Part shown: positions 19,522 through 28,949 of the stretch, in pieces
How positions within the stretch are numbered: position 1 is the stretch's first letter
Layout of the letters: each line of letters opens with the position of its first letter
Made by a program: the position numbers and the translations under genes
From: Candidatus Campbellbacteria bacterium
GTDB lineage: Bacteria > Patescibacteriota > Minisyncoccia > Phycocordibacterales > EsbW-18
DNA length: 64,000 bases
Reading direction: 5' to 3'
Assembly (NCBI GenBank): GCA_045863475.1
Contig: BTUR01000003.1
Span: 8,647-72,646, forward strand
The notes under the pieces: model-generated
The model's database searches: none
What the model was told of the DNA's origin: nothing
The model's input: the letters and a program-made list of their open reading frames with translations, nothing else

Positions 19522-20022
19522 ATGTCAAAACTTTACATCATGAGTGGCGTTGGTTTTTCTGGAAAGTCGACGCTCGCAAAGAAAATCGCAGAATATACTG
19601 GAGCTATTCTTGTCAGTCAAGACGGGCTTTTCTTTGAAAAGGAGAAGGAGTTGGGTATCGACCAAGATAGTGATGAACAGTGGCGCATGCTTCTTGATAT
19701 GTGTCTCGAACGGATCCGTCAACTTCTCTCGGAGGGAAAATCGGTGGTGTTTGATAACACAAACACTCGTCACCAGCATCGCGAAGAAGTTCGGCAAGTT
19801 GCTCTGGCTACTGACGCAGAACCCATTGTTGTTTTTCTCGATACACCAATCGAGGTTCAGAAAGAGAGACAGGAAAGAAATCGAATCACTAAAGAGCGGC
19901 ACGACGTGAAGCAGGAATATCTCGACCAAGCAATCGCAGAACTGGAGGTTCCCGGAGAAGATGAGAACGTGCGAGTCTTTAAGCCAGACACAAAGTTGAG
20001 CACTTTTCTTGAAAGTCTCTAA
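19522..20022 (+). CDS. AAA_33-type P-loop kinase
   Basis: GVGFSGKST, VVFDNTN. Confidence 0.8.
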   Translation: MSKLYIMSGVGFSGKSTLAKKIAEYTGAILVSQDGLFFEKEKELGIDQDSDEQWRMLLDMCLERIRQLLSEGKSVVFDNTNTRHQHREEVRQVALATDAEPIVVFLDTPIEVQKERQERNRITKERHDVKQEYLDQAIAELEVPGEDENVRVFKPDTKLSTFLESL

Positions 20023-20029
20023 TAATCCT

Positions 20030-20578
20030 ATGCATAAGGCAGAACCACCACAAGAACTCTTGCAATGCTATGACGATCAAGGAAGCCCGATTGATTCGAA
20101 AACACGAGCAGAGATAAAAGCTAACCCAGGAACATATTGGTGTGGTGTTGTGAACGTGTGGGTGGTAAATAGTGAGGGACAACTTCTTTGCTCAAAGCGT
20201 TCGAAAGGTCTTTCTGGTAATCCGGGGAAGTGGCAGACATATTTTGGAGGACATATTCCTGCCGGGCTTGGTTTTCGAGAAGCGGCGGTGAAGGAGTTGG
20301 GGGAAGAGACTGGTATTCATTTTGAAGAGAATAGTCTCTTTTTTATCCATCGAGGAAAAGACGATGTGAACAAGAAGTTTTTTGAGAGCTACGCAGTTCG
20401 CTTCAATGGTCAACCGAGCGATCTGGTTTTTACTGACGGAGAGATAACAGAGGCGAGGTGGATGCCTATTGAGGAATATGTTGCTGACGAGGCACAGAAC
20501 CCAGAACGGTGGTGTAATGGGTGCAAACCTGAACGCCGAAAAGCCATTCAAGAGTGGGTTAGTACCTTTCAAAAATAA
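20030..20578 (+). CDS. NUDIX hydrolase (IDI-like)
   Basis: GGHI...EAAVKELGEETG. Confidence 0.85.
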   Translation: MHKAEPPQELLQCYDDQGSPIDSKTRAEIKANPGTYWCGVVNVWVVNSEGQLLCSKRSKGLSGNPGKWQTYFGGHIPAGLGFREAAVKELGEETGIHFEENSLFFIHRGKDDVNKKFFESYAVRFNGQPSDLVFTDGEITEARWMPIEEYVADEAQNPERWCNGCKPERRKAIQEWVSTFQK

Positions 20579-20598
20579 AAACCGTTTCATTAAACATC

Positions 20599-21000
20599 AT
20601 GATCTACCTCTCCTTTTTGTTGAACCTTCCATGGACGCTCATTGGGATCATCTCTGCTTTATTTTCTGTCCCGAGGAGTGTTGAGTTTTCAAAAAATCCT
20701 TTCACGATCACTTTCCGTGTTCGTAGTTTTTGGTGGTACAGATGGCTTCCTGGAAAGCAAGGAGTGCGGGCAATGGTACATGGAAATGTTGTGCAGCTTG
20801 CACCGACGGCAGATGAAAAAGACTTGGAGCACGAACTTGTTCATGTAAAACAGTACGAACGAGCACCACTTATTCACCCACTTCTTTATTTCATTGAAAC
20901 TCTTCGATATGGGTACAAGCAGAACAAGTACGAAGTAGAAGCTTATGAAAAGGCCGGTAATCTTTATTGCTGCCTTAAACCCCCTGCGGTTAAATCTTGA
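20599..21000 (+). CDS. HExxH metallopeptidase-like membrane protein
   Basis: HELVHVKQ...YEVEAY. Confidence 0.65.
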   Translation: MIYLSFLLNLPWTLIGIISALFSVPRSVEFSKNPFTITFRVRSFWWYRWLPGKQGVRAMVHGNVVQLAPTADEKDLEHELVHVKQYERAPLIHPLLYFIETLRYGYKQNKYEVEAYEKAGNLYCCLKPPAVKS

Positions 21001-21069
21001 CAGGTATTCACAGAATGCTACATTGAGCGCGGAGTAACTGAATCCAGAACGCAAACCAGGAGGAATCGC

Positions 21070-21438
21070 ATGAGCCAGCCAGTCGTCGATCTCAACAGTC
21101 TCCCGTTTCGGCCCTCTCGTTCGACCGGTACCGGTCGGACCCACTTCTTCTCGGGACAAGTCGGTCTCAAGGAAGGGAAGCTTGTCGAAGGGGGGTTGGA
21201 AGCGGAGCTTCGGCAAGCGCTCGAGAACATCAAACAGCTCCTGGACGAGCTGAAGATCTCTCGAAGCCAGGTGTGCGACGTGACGGTGTTTCTCGTGGAC
21301 ATGAACGACTACGCGAGGATGAATCACGTGTACGCCGAGTTCTTCGAGGGTCACTACAAGCCCGCACGCACCTGCGTTGCGGTTGCCGCACTTCCGCTTG
21401 GTGCGCGCATCGAGCTCAAGGTGGTGGCAAGCAGCTAG
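21070..21438 (+). CDS. RidA/YjgF family protein
   Basis: SGQVG, QALENIK, TVFLVDMND, PARTCVAVAALPLGARIE; SD AGGAGG. Confidence 0.92.
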   Translation: MSQPVVDLNSLPFRPSRSTGTGRTHFFSGQVGLKEGKLVEGGLEAELRQALENIKQLLDELKISRSQVCDVTVFLVDMNDYARMNHVYAEFFEGHYKPARTCVAVAALPLGARIELKVVASS

Positions 21439-21521
21439 AAGTTCCCGGAGCTTCACAGAAAAGGAGTCGCACCCAAGACTTATTCTGTGAGGCTCCTTTT
21501 CGTTTTTACGGGCATATTTGG

Positions 21522-21675
21522 GGCGGGGATCGAGAGTACTTTGCATTTTGTCGCGCAGGCGAGCAAAATGCTTAGTAACTCGTGACCGAATCCTAGTCCG
21601 AGGGTTTCCGAGTTCCGTATGTCCGGCACCCCGAATCGAAGAAGAAAGGCGTACTCGCGGTCCTGGTCCGGCAAC
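21522..21675 (+). repeat. Second copy of the Gln trailer core plus tRNA 3'-end copies
   Basis: 21522-21586 nearly identical to 14907-14970; CGAATCCTAGTCCG at 21587; GTACTCGCGG-TCCTGGTCCGGCAAC at 21651-21675. Confidence 0.85.
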
Positions 21676-21716
21676 GTTGTTAAATAACTAGACGTTAATA
21701 AACTAAAGAGCGAATT

Positions 21717-22286
21717 ATGATAGAGGGGAATTATATAAATCCAATTTTTGTGGCTGGCCCGATAGACCGAGAAAATTTTTATAAACAATTCATGGCTCGT
21801 TTCTCTGAACTTATGCAGAAAACAAAAAGTGGAGACACGATAACTGTATTAATTAATTCTGGAGGAGGAGAAACTCATACCGCACTTGCTATATACGATT
21901 TACTTAAGTCGACAGACAGAACCTGCGTCGGAGTAGTAGCTGGTGTTGCGCAGTCTGGAGCATCATTGATACTTCAGGCTTGTGATAAAAGATTGATTAC
22001 AGAAAACAGTCATATGATGCTACACAGAAGTAATGTTCAGGTATCTGGAAAGATTGTAGATGCTCAATCCAATCTCAATACCTTCAAATCTTTGGATGAT
22101 AAATTTTATGAAATTTATGCACAAAAGGCTGGAGAGCGAGTAGAGAAGATTTCAGAAATGGCCAGCCAAGACAAACACTTTAATGCGGTCGAAGCACTAG
22201 GCGCTGGTTTGGTGGATGAAATTATCAAAGCAGAAGTAAAAAATAAAAAAGCTCTCACATTTATTAACCAAGCCTCAAATAAATGA
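21717..22286 (+). CDS. ClpP-like serine protease (S14)
   Basis: INSGGG, AQSGASLI, MMLH, A.EALGAGLVDEI. Confidence 0.8.
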   Translation: MIEGNYINPIFVAGPIDRENFYKQFMARFSELMQKTKSGDTITVLINSGGGETHTALAIYDLLKSTDRTCVGVVAGVAQSGASLILQACDKRLITENSHMMLHRSNVQVSGKIVDAQSNLNTFKSLDDKFYEIYAQKAGERVEKISEMASQDKHFNAVEALGAGLVDEIIKAEVKNKKALTFINQASNK

Positions 22287-22500
22287 AACAGAATTTTCCA
22301 GCGCGCTTCAAGATTACTGATGGCAAGGACGTGTATTTTTTGTGTATAAACCACGCCTTACCACAGGGTGTGGTTCCGGACGGCGTAATAATAGAAGAAA
22401 TTCCGGATGAAGCAGGGATACCTTGCAGAAACTGTTCCTCAGATTTTATTGGTAGGTAAGCTGTTTAAAAAGGCTTCAACATCACCCTAAGAAACTAGCA

Positions 22501-23280
22501 ATGAGCTTCAGAAAATATCTTTATATTTTTCTCACCATCCTCCTGATTTCCTTTTCAGGGTTTTGTGTTTTTTTGACTTGGGAGTGGGGTTTTACTCTAG
22601 GAGAAATACAAGGACTATTCAACATAATCGGGTCTGCTTCGTTGGGAATAGCGTTAGCTGCATATTTTTATAAAAAAAGACAAGATGAATTCTCTCTGGC
22701 ATCCGAAATTGTCTCATTTTTTCGAGAAAAGATAGTATACGAAGGCGACTTGGTTAGAAAAAAAATTTACGAAAAGGACAAAGGTTTTATTATTTCTCGA
22801 ATAAAAATTCCCAAAAACTGTACAATCCGTTTACTAAAAGATGACGCAGAACAGTCAGAAAATTTTGAGCGTCAATTAAGAATCTTTTTTGATTCCAATA
22901 AAAATTATCCAGATATTGTTTTGGATACTACAGTCCTCGATAGACAAATTTTTTTATTGAATATGCTGGAAGAGTTTGCTCTTAAAGCACTTACTTTTGA
23001 GGACTACAGTTTTAAGTTTGGGGGATACCATCCGTTAGGTTCACTCAAAAATGCCTTCGTTGAAATAGTAGAGCAAAATGCGGTCGCTCTATTTTTTATG
23101 AGAGATGTGCAAGTCGGAAGTGAAATATACTCATCAATCTTACGTCTGTACGAGATGTGGCACCCTTTGATACCAGGTAATAGTAGCCGTATTAAAAGGC
23201 TTGCGGTTAGTGGGTTGATAAATAAAAAACAGAGAGATGATCTTTACAAAAAAAGAGATAAAAAATTCAACCTGATTTGA
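22501..23280 (+). CDS. Hypothetical 2-TM protein, AT-rich
   Basis: 259-aa ORF with two N-terminal TM helices. Confidence 0.6.
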   Translation: MSFRKYLYIFLTILLISFSGFCVFLTWEWGFTLGEIQGLFNIIGSASLGIALAAYFYKKRQDEFSLASEIVSFFREKIVYEGDLVRKKIYEKDKGFIISRIKIPKNCTIRLLKDDAEQSENFERQLRIFFDSNKNYPDIVLDTTVLDRQIFLLNMLEEFALKALTFEDYSFKFGGYHPLGSLKNAFVEIVEQNAVALFFMRDVQVGSEIYSSILRLYEMWHPLIPGNSSRIKRLAVSGLINKKQRDDLYKKRDKKFNLI

Positions 23281-23322
23281 AATATTAAGATTTTTCAAAT
23301 CCTGCTTTCTTACCCCCCCCCA

Positions 23323-24198
23323 ATGCCCCTCCTGAAAAAACACATTTTCCTTATCGTTGCACTTACCGTTTTTACGGCCGGCGCGTTGTTCTTTGTACAA
23401 AAAACTCCGTACGTACCCGAGAAATTCCTTACAAACGAGGCACCGACTGTTGCAGAAGACGAAGTTACCACTGTTGCCTCGGTAGAAAAAGAAGTTTCAA
23501 CAGCAACACCGCTTCAGGGAAGCTTTGCGCCGTCAGACGGAGAGCTGACGGTATTTGGAACGATTTTGGAGACGAATAAACATCGCGCTCTCTTTTCTCT
23601 GCCACCACTCTCGTTTAACGCAAAACTCGCCGCTGCGGCGGATGCAAAAGCGCGTGACATGATTGCCCGGCAGTATTTTGAACACGAGTCCCCGGATGGG
23701 ATAGGACCGGACGGTTTGGCGGACGCCGCTGGGTATGACTACCTGGCTGTTGGAGAAAATCTCGCGCTCGGCAACTACGAAGACGACGCGGAGCTTGTTG
23801 CCGCGTGGATGGATTCACCCGGCCACCGCGAAAACATTTTAGGCACGCAGTACACGGAAATCGGTGTTGCGGTTGTGGAGGGTTCGTTTGAGGGTCATCG
23901 CACATGGTTTGCCGTGCAAGAATTCGGACGTCCCGCATCCGATTGTCCGCCGCCGGATACCGTACTTGAAGCGCGTATTGATTCATCGGAGCAGACGCTT
24001 GAGGAAACGGAACGTTTTCTTGAGGAAATGCTCGAAGAGATTGAAAATACCCAGCCGAAACGCGGTTCTGCCTACAATGAAAAGGTGGAGGTGTACAACG
24101 AACTGGTTACCAGCTACAACAAGCTGCTTACCGAGACCAAGGAGCTTATTGCGATATACAACGGGCAGGTGGATGAGTACAACGAGTGCGTGCAGTAG
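23323..24198 (+). CDS. CAP/SCP domain protein
   Basis: YFEH, GENLA, WMDSPGHRENIL, VQEF. Confidence 0.9.
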   Translation: MPLLKKHIFLIVALTVFTAGALFFVQKTPYVPEKFLTNEAPTVAEDEVTTVASVEKEVSTATPLQGSFAPSDGELTVFGTILETNKHRALFSLPPLSFNAKLAAAADAKARDMIARQYFEHESPDGIGPDGLADAAGYDYLAVGENLALGNYEDDAELVAAWMDSPGHRENILGTQYTEIGVAVVEGSFEGHRTWFAVQEFGRPASDCPPPDTVLEARIDSSEQTLEETERFLEEMLEEIENTQPKRGSAYNEKVEVYNELVTSYNKLLTETKELIAIYNGQVDEYNECVQ

Positions 24199-24287
24199 GG
24201 TTTTACGTGGGATTGCTTTTTCTGGTTTATAGGGTACTTTGTCGTTCAGAATTCAGCTTGTTCACTAAACTTGAATAGGAGGTCTAG

Positions 24288-24710
24288 ATGCCCGTTATCA
24301 AGTTGTGGTGCTTGCCCGCAGACCAGTCAGAAGACGACCTGCGGAAGGTACATAAGGCAGTAGTCGCGGCAGTGGTCGCCATTCCCGAGCTCTGTCTCAA
24401 GGACGAGACCCAGATGACCTGCCTCTTTCCACCCGACATGATGACCTACGGGTTGGGGGAGGAGATCGTCGTCGAGATTGGCGGGCTCTTCAAGAGAACG
24501 AGTCGAACACCAGAGGTTTGCCAGCGGCTCGCCGAGAGCGTTGGGACTGCGGTGCACAATCTGTACCCCGACGCCAAGGTGGAGTGCTTCGTCCAGACCT
24601 TCAGTCCCAGTGAGGGATTCTGGGAATCGCAGGTCGACCCGAACCCCCATCGTGCTATTCGGCAGATGGAACGATTGTTCCCGAGCCTGAGAGACCAAGG
24701 TGGCAGCTAG
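24288..24710 (+). CDS. Tautomerase-fold-like hypothetical protein
   Basis: N-terminal MP; SD AGGAGGT; followed by a terminator. Confidence 0.6.
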   Translation: MPVIKLWCLPADQSEDDLRKVHKAVVAAVVAIPELCLKDETQMTCLFPPDMMTYGLGEEIVVEIGGLFKRTSRTPEVCQRLAESVGTAVHNLYPDAKVECFVQTFSPSEGFWESQVDPNPHRAIRQMERLFPSLRDQGGS

Positions 24711-24779
24711 CCGCCGAGAGAGCCGTGCGCTCTCTCGGCGGCTCTTTTGTTTCTGTTATACTAAACCCCACAAAAACCC

Positions 24780-25709
24780 ATGCTTACCCAACTCTTTATC
24801 TTCGCCGCAGCGCTGTTTCTCGTCGTGAAAGGCGCGACAATGTCCACAAAGCACGCCGAGCGCCTCGCAAAATCTTTCAATCTCTCGGCCTACACGGTGG
24901 GCTTCATTGTGATCGCCATCATCTCCATTCTCCCGGAGACGTTCATCTCCATTAACGCCGTGTTGGAGGGAATTCCTTCGTTTGGTCTCGGCACGCTCCT
25001 CGGCTCTAACGTCGCCGACCTCACGCTCGTGTTCTTCCTCATTGTCTTGCTCTCAGGCAGAAATCTTAAGGTGGAGGGGAAAATTCTTACCGACGACGCG
25101 ATGTATCCGTTTTTGCTTATTATGCCGCTTGTGCTCGGCCTCGACGGATATTTTTCACGGGTTGAAGGTGTCGCGTTGGTGGCGACCGGTGTCTTTTTCT
25201 ACTACCTTGCGCTGAAAAACGGTCATCGTAACGAGGTGTCGGTGCGCAACAAAAAGGAGCAGGTACAAAGTGTCGTTATGCTTCTCATCGGCATGGCGCT
25301 CCTGCTTGTCGGTGCGCACTACTCGGTGACGTCGGCGACGTACTTCGCGGAGCTTTGGGGGGTGAGCCCCGTGCTCATCGGTATGCTTATCGTGGGTCTT
25401 GGCACTGTCATGCCGGAGTTTCTGTTCTCACTGCGCTCGGTGAAAGATCATGACGACGATCTTGCCATTGGGGATTTGCTCGGCACAGTACTCGCGGATG
25501 CGACCATTGTGATAGGTATCATTGCGCTTATGCAGCCGTTTGCGTTTTCCAAGACGATTATCTACGTTGCAGGCGTTTTCATGGTCGCGGCGTGTTTTAT
25601 TCTCTTCTCGTTTATGCGCTCAGGCAGGGCACTGACGAAGAAAGAAGGGTATGCGCTCTTCGTGTTTTGGCTGACGTTTGTGCTTATTGAGTTCATCATC
25701 AATCATTAG
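24780..25709 (+). CDS. Na+/Ca2+ antiporter family (YrbG-like)
   Basis: Two repeats with LPE/MPE and GSN/GT motifs; about 10 TM. Confidence 0.85.
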   Translation: MLTQLFIFAAALFLVVKGATMSTKHAERLAKSFNLSAYTVGFIVIAIISILPETFISINAVLEGIPSFGLGTLLGSNVADLTLVFFLIVLLSGRNLKVEGKILTDDAMYPFLLIMPLVLGLDGYFSRVEGVALVATGVFFYYLALKNGHRNEVSVRNKKEQVQSVVMLLIGMALLLVGAHYSVTSATYFAELWGVSPVLIGMLIVGLGTVMPEFLFSLRSVKDHDDDLAIGDLLGTVLADATIVIGIIALMQPFAFSKTIIYVAGVFMVAACFILFSFMRSGRALTKKEGYALFVFWLTFVLIEFIINH

Positions 25710-25725
25710 TTTTAATCCACACACT

Positions 25726-26448
25726 ATGTCCGCACGACTCTATTCATTTCTTGGAATGTTCACGCTTGTCGCCGTTCTCTCGTTTTCACCGCTGACATCA
25801 CTGCGTGCGCAGGCCGCGGACGCAGTTCTCACCGAAGCACAAAAAGTTGCCCAGCTTGAGCAGTTGATTGAGTCTCTCATTGCGCTTTTGGAGCAGTTGT
25901 ATCCGCAGATAGATTGGAGCGCGTTTGGGACGTCGGATGACGAGGATGAGGATGAGGATGAGGATGATGAGGATGAGGACGAGGACGACCCTGAGCTTTC
26001 AGTGGGCGACCCGGAAGCCGAAGGTTCAGACGGAAACGAGGCGCGAGTGAGCTATACGATTCCGTTTTCTGTCCGCGCATTTGGCGAGGATATGTACGTT
26101 CCGGTGGGTACGACGCGTGCGGATACGGCCTCAACGGCAGTGGGCGTGACGTACGTCATCGAAGACGATACCGGAACGACGTACGCGGGAGGGACTGCGC
26201 TGTCTTCATTTGACGGTGACGGCGAAACAGGGGACACCAATGACTACTACAAACTCAGAAAGGATAAGAGCCGTTTGTTTACGCTCAAGGTTTCGTTTAA
26301 TAATGAGGGAGGAACCATCGGATACTATCGGGCACGCATTGTGGGTATTACCTTTGACGAAGACACGTCGGCGGGCGGGGAATACGCACTGACAGCCGGT
26401 TTGCGAGATTACCGAACGCCTTCGATATACGTCGGCGATACGGAATAA
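25726..26448 (+). CDS. Exported protein with acidic linker
   Basis: Signal peptide, QLEQLIESLIALLEQL helix, (DE)n tract. Confidence 0.7.
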   Translation: MSARLYSFLGMFTLVAVLSFSPLTSLRAQAADAVLTEAQKVAQLEQLIESLIALLEQLYPQIDWSAFGTSDDEDEDEDEDDEDEDEDDPELSVGDPEAEGSDGNEARVSYTIPFSVRAFGEDMYVPVGTTRADTASTAVGVTYVIEDDTGTTYAGGTALSSFDGDGETGDTNDYYKLRKDKSRLFTLKVSFNNEGGTIGYYRARIVGITFDEDTSAGGEYALTAGLRDYRTPSIYVGDTE

Positions 26449-26459
26449 AACACATAATA

Positions 26460-26487
26460 AAAAACCCCGGCATGCCGGGGTTTTTTA
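26460..26487. terminator. Bidirectional terminator
   Basis: AAAAACCCCGGCATGCCGGGGTTTTTT between convergent genes. Confidence 0.75.
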
Positions 26488-26501
26488 TTGCTGTGTCCGT
26501 A

Positions 26502-27374
26502 TTAGCGGAGTGCTGCGATTTGTGCCTGGAGCTGTGCAATGAGTTGGAGAATGAGTTTGACGAGCTCAGAGCGAACCTTCAAAACAGCGTCGCTGTTTCC
26601 GGGTCCGGTGTTGTCGTCATCATCCTCATCATCGTCATCGTCAGAATCATCGTCGTCTTCGTCCTCGTCATCATCTTCATCGTCGTCATCATCTGAGTCG
26701 TCGACGTCGAGTTCATCGAGTGCTTCCTCGGCGAGCTCTTCAGCTTCGTCAGCGAGGTCTTCGGCTTCCGCCCAGTCGCCGTCATCAAATGCGTCTTGCG
26801 CGTCTGCAAGAACGTCATTGGCTTCGTCGATGAGGTCTTCTGCATCACCCGTCTCTTCATCGTCGTCCTGCGCGTCTTCAAGCGCCTCTTCCGCGTCGTC
26901 TATCTTGTCCTGCGCGTCGTCAATCGCGTCCTGCGCGGAATCCTCGTCGCTCTCGTCGTTGTCTTCGTCATCGTCGTCGTTGGAGTCTTCGTCCTCAACG
27001 AACGTGACGTCAACGCTGTCGGAGTCGACTTCATCGTCGCCGTCAAAGACGGTGAGTGTGATTTCGGCATCAAACTCGTCGTCCGGATCGTGCGCGATGA
27101 GTGTAATCATCCCCTCATCGTCGTTGTTGTAATTGGCAAACACCTCGTCGTTATCGGTGCAGTCGAAGTCTTCGTCTCCGTCAACTTCGATCTCTGCATC
27201 TTCGGAACACGAGATGGAGAGTTCAACGTCGTACTCTCCGTCGAGTTCCCATGAGACCTCAACTTCACGATCGTTGTTTGACTCCGAGTCGGCATCAAAA
27301 TTCGTGATGCCTGCGGCGCTGACAAACGCAAACGGTGCGAGTGCGAGCGCAAGGAGTAATCCTAGTTTTTTCAT
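26502..27374 (-). CDS. Highly acidic secreted protein
   Basis: Signal peptide MKKLGLLLALA, very D/E rich, C-terminal LILQLIAQLQAQIAAL helix. Confidence 0.75.
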   Translation of the reverse strand: MKKLGLLLALALAPFAFVSAAGITNFDADSESNNDREVEVSWELDGEYDVELSISCSEDAEIEVDGDEDFDCTDNDEVFANYNNDDEGMITLIAHDPDDEFDAEITLTVFDGDDEVDSDSVDVTFVEDEDSNDDDDEDNDESDEDSAQDAIDDAQDKIDDAEEALEDAQDDDEETGDAEDLIDEANDVLADAQDAFDDGDWAEAEDLADEAEELAEEALDELDVDDSDDDDDEDDDEDEDDDDSDDDDDEDDDDNTGPGNSDAVLKVRSELVKLILQLIAQLQAQIAALR

Positions 27375-27539
27375 AGTGGTAAACGTTACTAAGCTACTAA
27401 ACGTACTAATGGCGCACAGTATAGCAAATGGCTATCAGCTCAATGTGCGCGGTGTGGATTCTGCTATACCCCGTGAGATAAAGGGTGTGTAATGGTAGTA
27501 ATAAACATGGTGTCCGGTTATCTCACGGGGTATACTTGA

Positions 27540-28949
27540 ATGGCAATGAAGCAATTTTACGTTACAACACCCATATATTACGTGAACGATAAGCCGCATA
27601 TCGGCCATGCTTATTCGACGCTCATTGCGGACGTTTTTGCGCGCTATTATCGGGGCGTATTGGGCGCAGATAACGTCTTTTTCCTCACCGGCACCGATGA
27701 ACACGGGCAGAAGATTGCCGAGGCGGCGGCGGCGGCCGGAAAGGACCCCCAGGCCTTCGTGGACGAGGTCTCCCGGGCGTTTCAAGCTGCCTGGAAGACT
27801 CTCAACATCTCCTACGACCACTTTTTCCGTACGACCGAGCCGCAGCATGAAGCACTCGTGAAGGAGATTCTCCAACAGGTATACGACAAGGGGTTCATCT
27901 ATAAAGACATCTACAAAGGACTCTACTGCGTCGGCTGTGAGCGCTACATCCTGCCCGATGAAGCCGTTGAGGGACATTGTCCATTGCATCCGAATAAACC
28001 GCTTGAGGAGCGGGAAGAGGAGAACTATTTTCTGCGACTTTCAAAGCTCGCACCGCGGGTTCTTGAGGCGCTTGAAAACAACGAGTACTTGGTACTGCCG
28101 CCGGAGAAGCGCAATGAAATACTCTCAAAGGTTCGCGGCGGCGTGAAGGACATTTCCATCTCGCGTGCGGGTGTTGAATGGGGAGTGAAAGTTCCGTGGG
28201 ATGAATCGCATACCGTGTACGTCTGGATTGACGCGCTGTTTAACTACTACACCGCAACGCGCATCGTGCCGGGACGCGAACGATTCTGGCCTGCGGATTT
28301 GCATCTGCTTGCCAAAGACATTTTGTGGTTCCACGCATTCATCTGGGAGGCGCTGCTTTTGGCCGCTGAGATTCCGTTTCCGAAAGCGGTGTTTGCGCAC
28401 GGATTTTTCACTATCGACGGACAGAAGATGAGCAAGTCCATCGGCAACGTCATCGACCCGCACACGCTTGTCGAGAAGTACGGCGTGGACGGCGCCCGCT
28501 ACTTGCTTTTGTCGGCGTTTCCGTTTGGCAATGACGGCGACATCACACTCTCACGATTTGATGAGAAGTTTAATGCGGACCTCGCCAACGGTATCGGCAA
28601 TCTCGTGTCGCGTGTCGCAACGCTGTGCGAAAAAGCGCAGCTCACCGGACTCCCGAAACCTGAAGCGCCGACAGAGGCCTCTGCCGACGCATTTGCACGG
28701 TTCTATCCCGATGAGGCACTCAACCACATCTGGGAGGAAATTCGTGGTCTTGATCGGAAGATAAATGATGATGCACCGTGGAAACTTGAGGGCGAGGCGC
28801 TTGCGAAAACAATGGCGGTGTATGCAAAAGTGCTCCTGCGCGTCGGTGTTGATGTAGCACCCTTTATGCCCGAGACCGCGGAGCGTATCATTGAGATATT
28901 CACAAAGCCGGCGATCACAAAGCCGCATCCGCTCTTCTCGCGTATATGA
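27540..28949 (+). CDS. metG: Methionyl-tRNA synthetase
   Basis: TTPIYYVN..PHIGHAY, GTDEHGQK, YVWIDAL, KMSKS. Confidence 0.96.
   Translation: MAMKQFYVTTPIYYVNDKPHIGHAYSTLIADVFARYYRGVLGADNVFFLTGTDEHGQKIAEAAAAAGKDPQAFVDEVSRAFQAAWKTLNISYDHFFRTTEPQHEALVKEILQQVYDKGFIYKDIYKGLYCVGCERYILPDEAVEGHCPLHPNKPLEEREEENYFLRLSKLAPRVLEALENNEYLVLPPEKRNEILSKVRGGVKDISISRAGVEWGVKVPWDESHTVYVWIDALFNYYTATRIVPGRERFWPADLHLLAKDILWFHAFIWEALLLAAEIPFPKAVFAHGFFTIDGQKMSKSIGNVIDPHTLVEKYGVDGARYLLLSAFPFGNDGDITLSRFDEKFNADLANGIGNLVSRVATLCEKAQLTGLPKPEAPTEASADAFARFYPDEALNHIWEEIRGLDRKINDDAPWKLEGEALAKTMAVYAKVLLRVGVDVAPFMPETAERIIEIFTKPAITKPHPLFSRI

Noticed and set aside
14020-21700. CRISPR array or classical integron
   Set aside because: Repeats are separated by whole genes rather than 30-40 bp spacers. 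No cas gene, no IntI tyrosine recombinase and no clear RYYYAAC...GTTRRRY attC.
23294-23304. TTCAAATCCTG as a terminal tRNA-derived repeat
   Set aside because: Too short and degenerate to distinguish from chance, although it sits at the GC transition.
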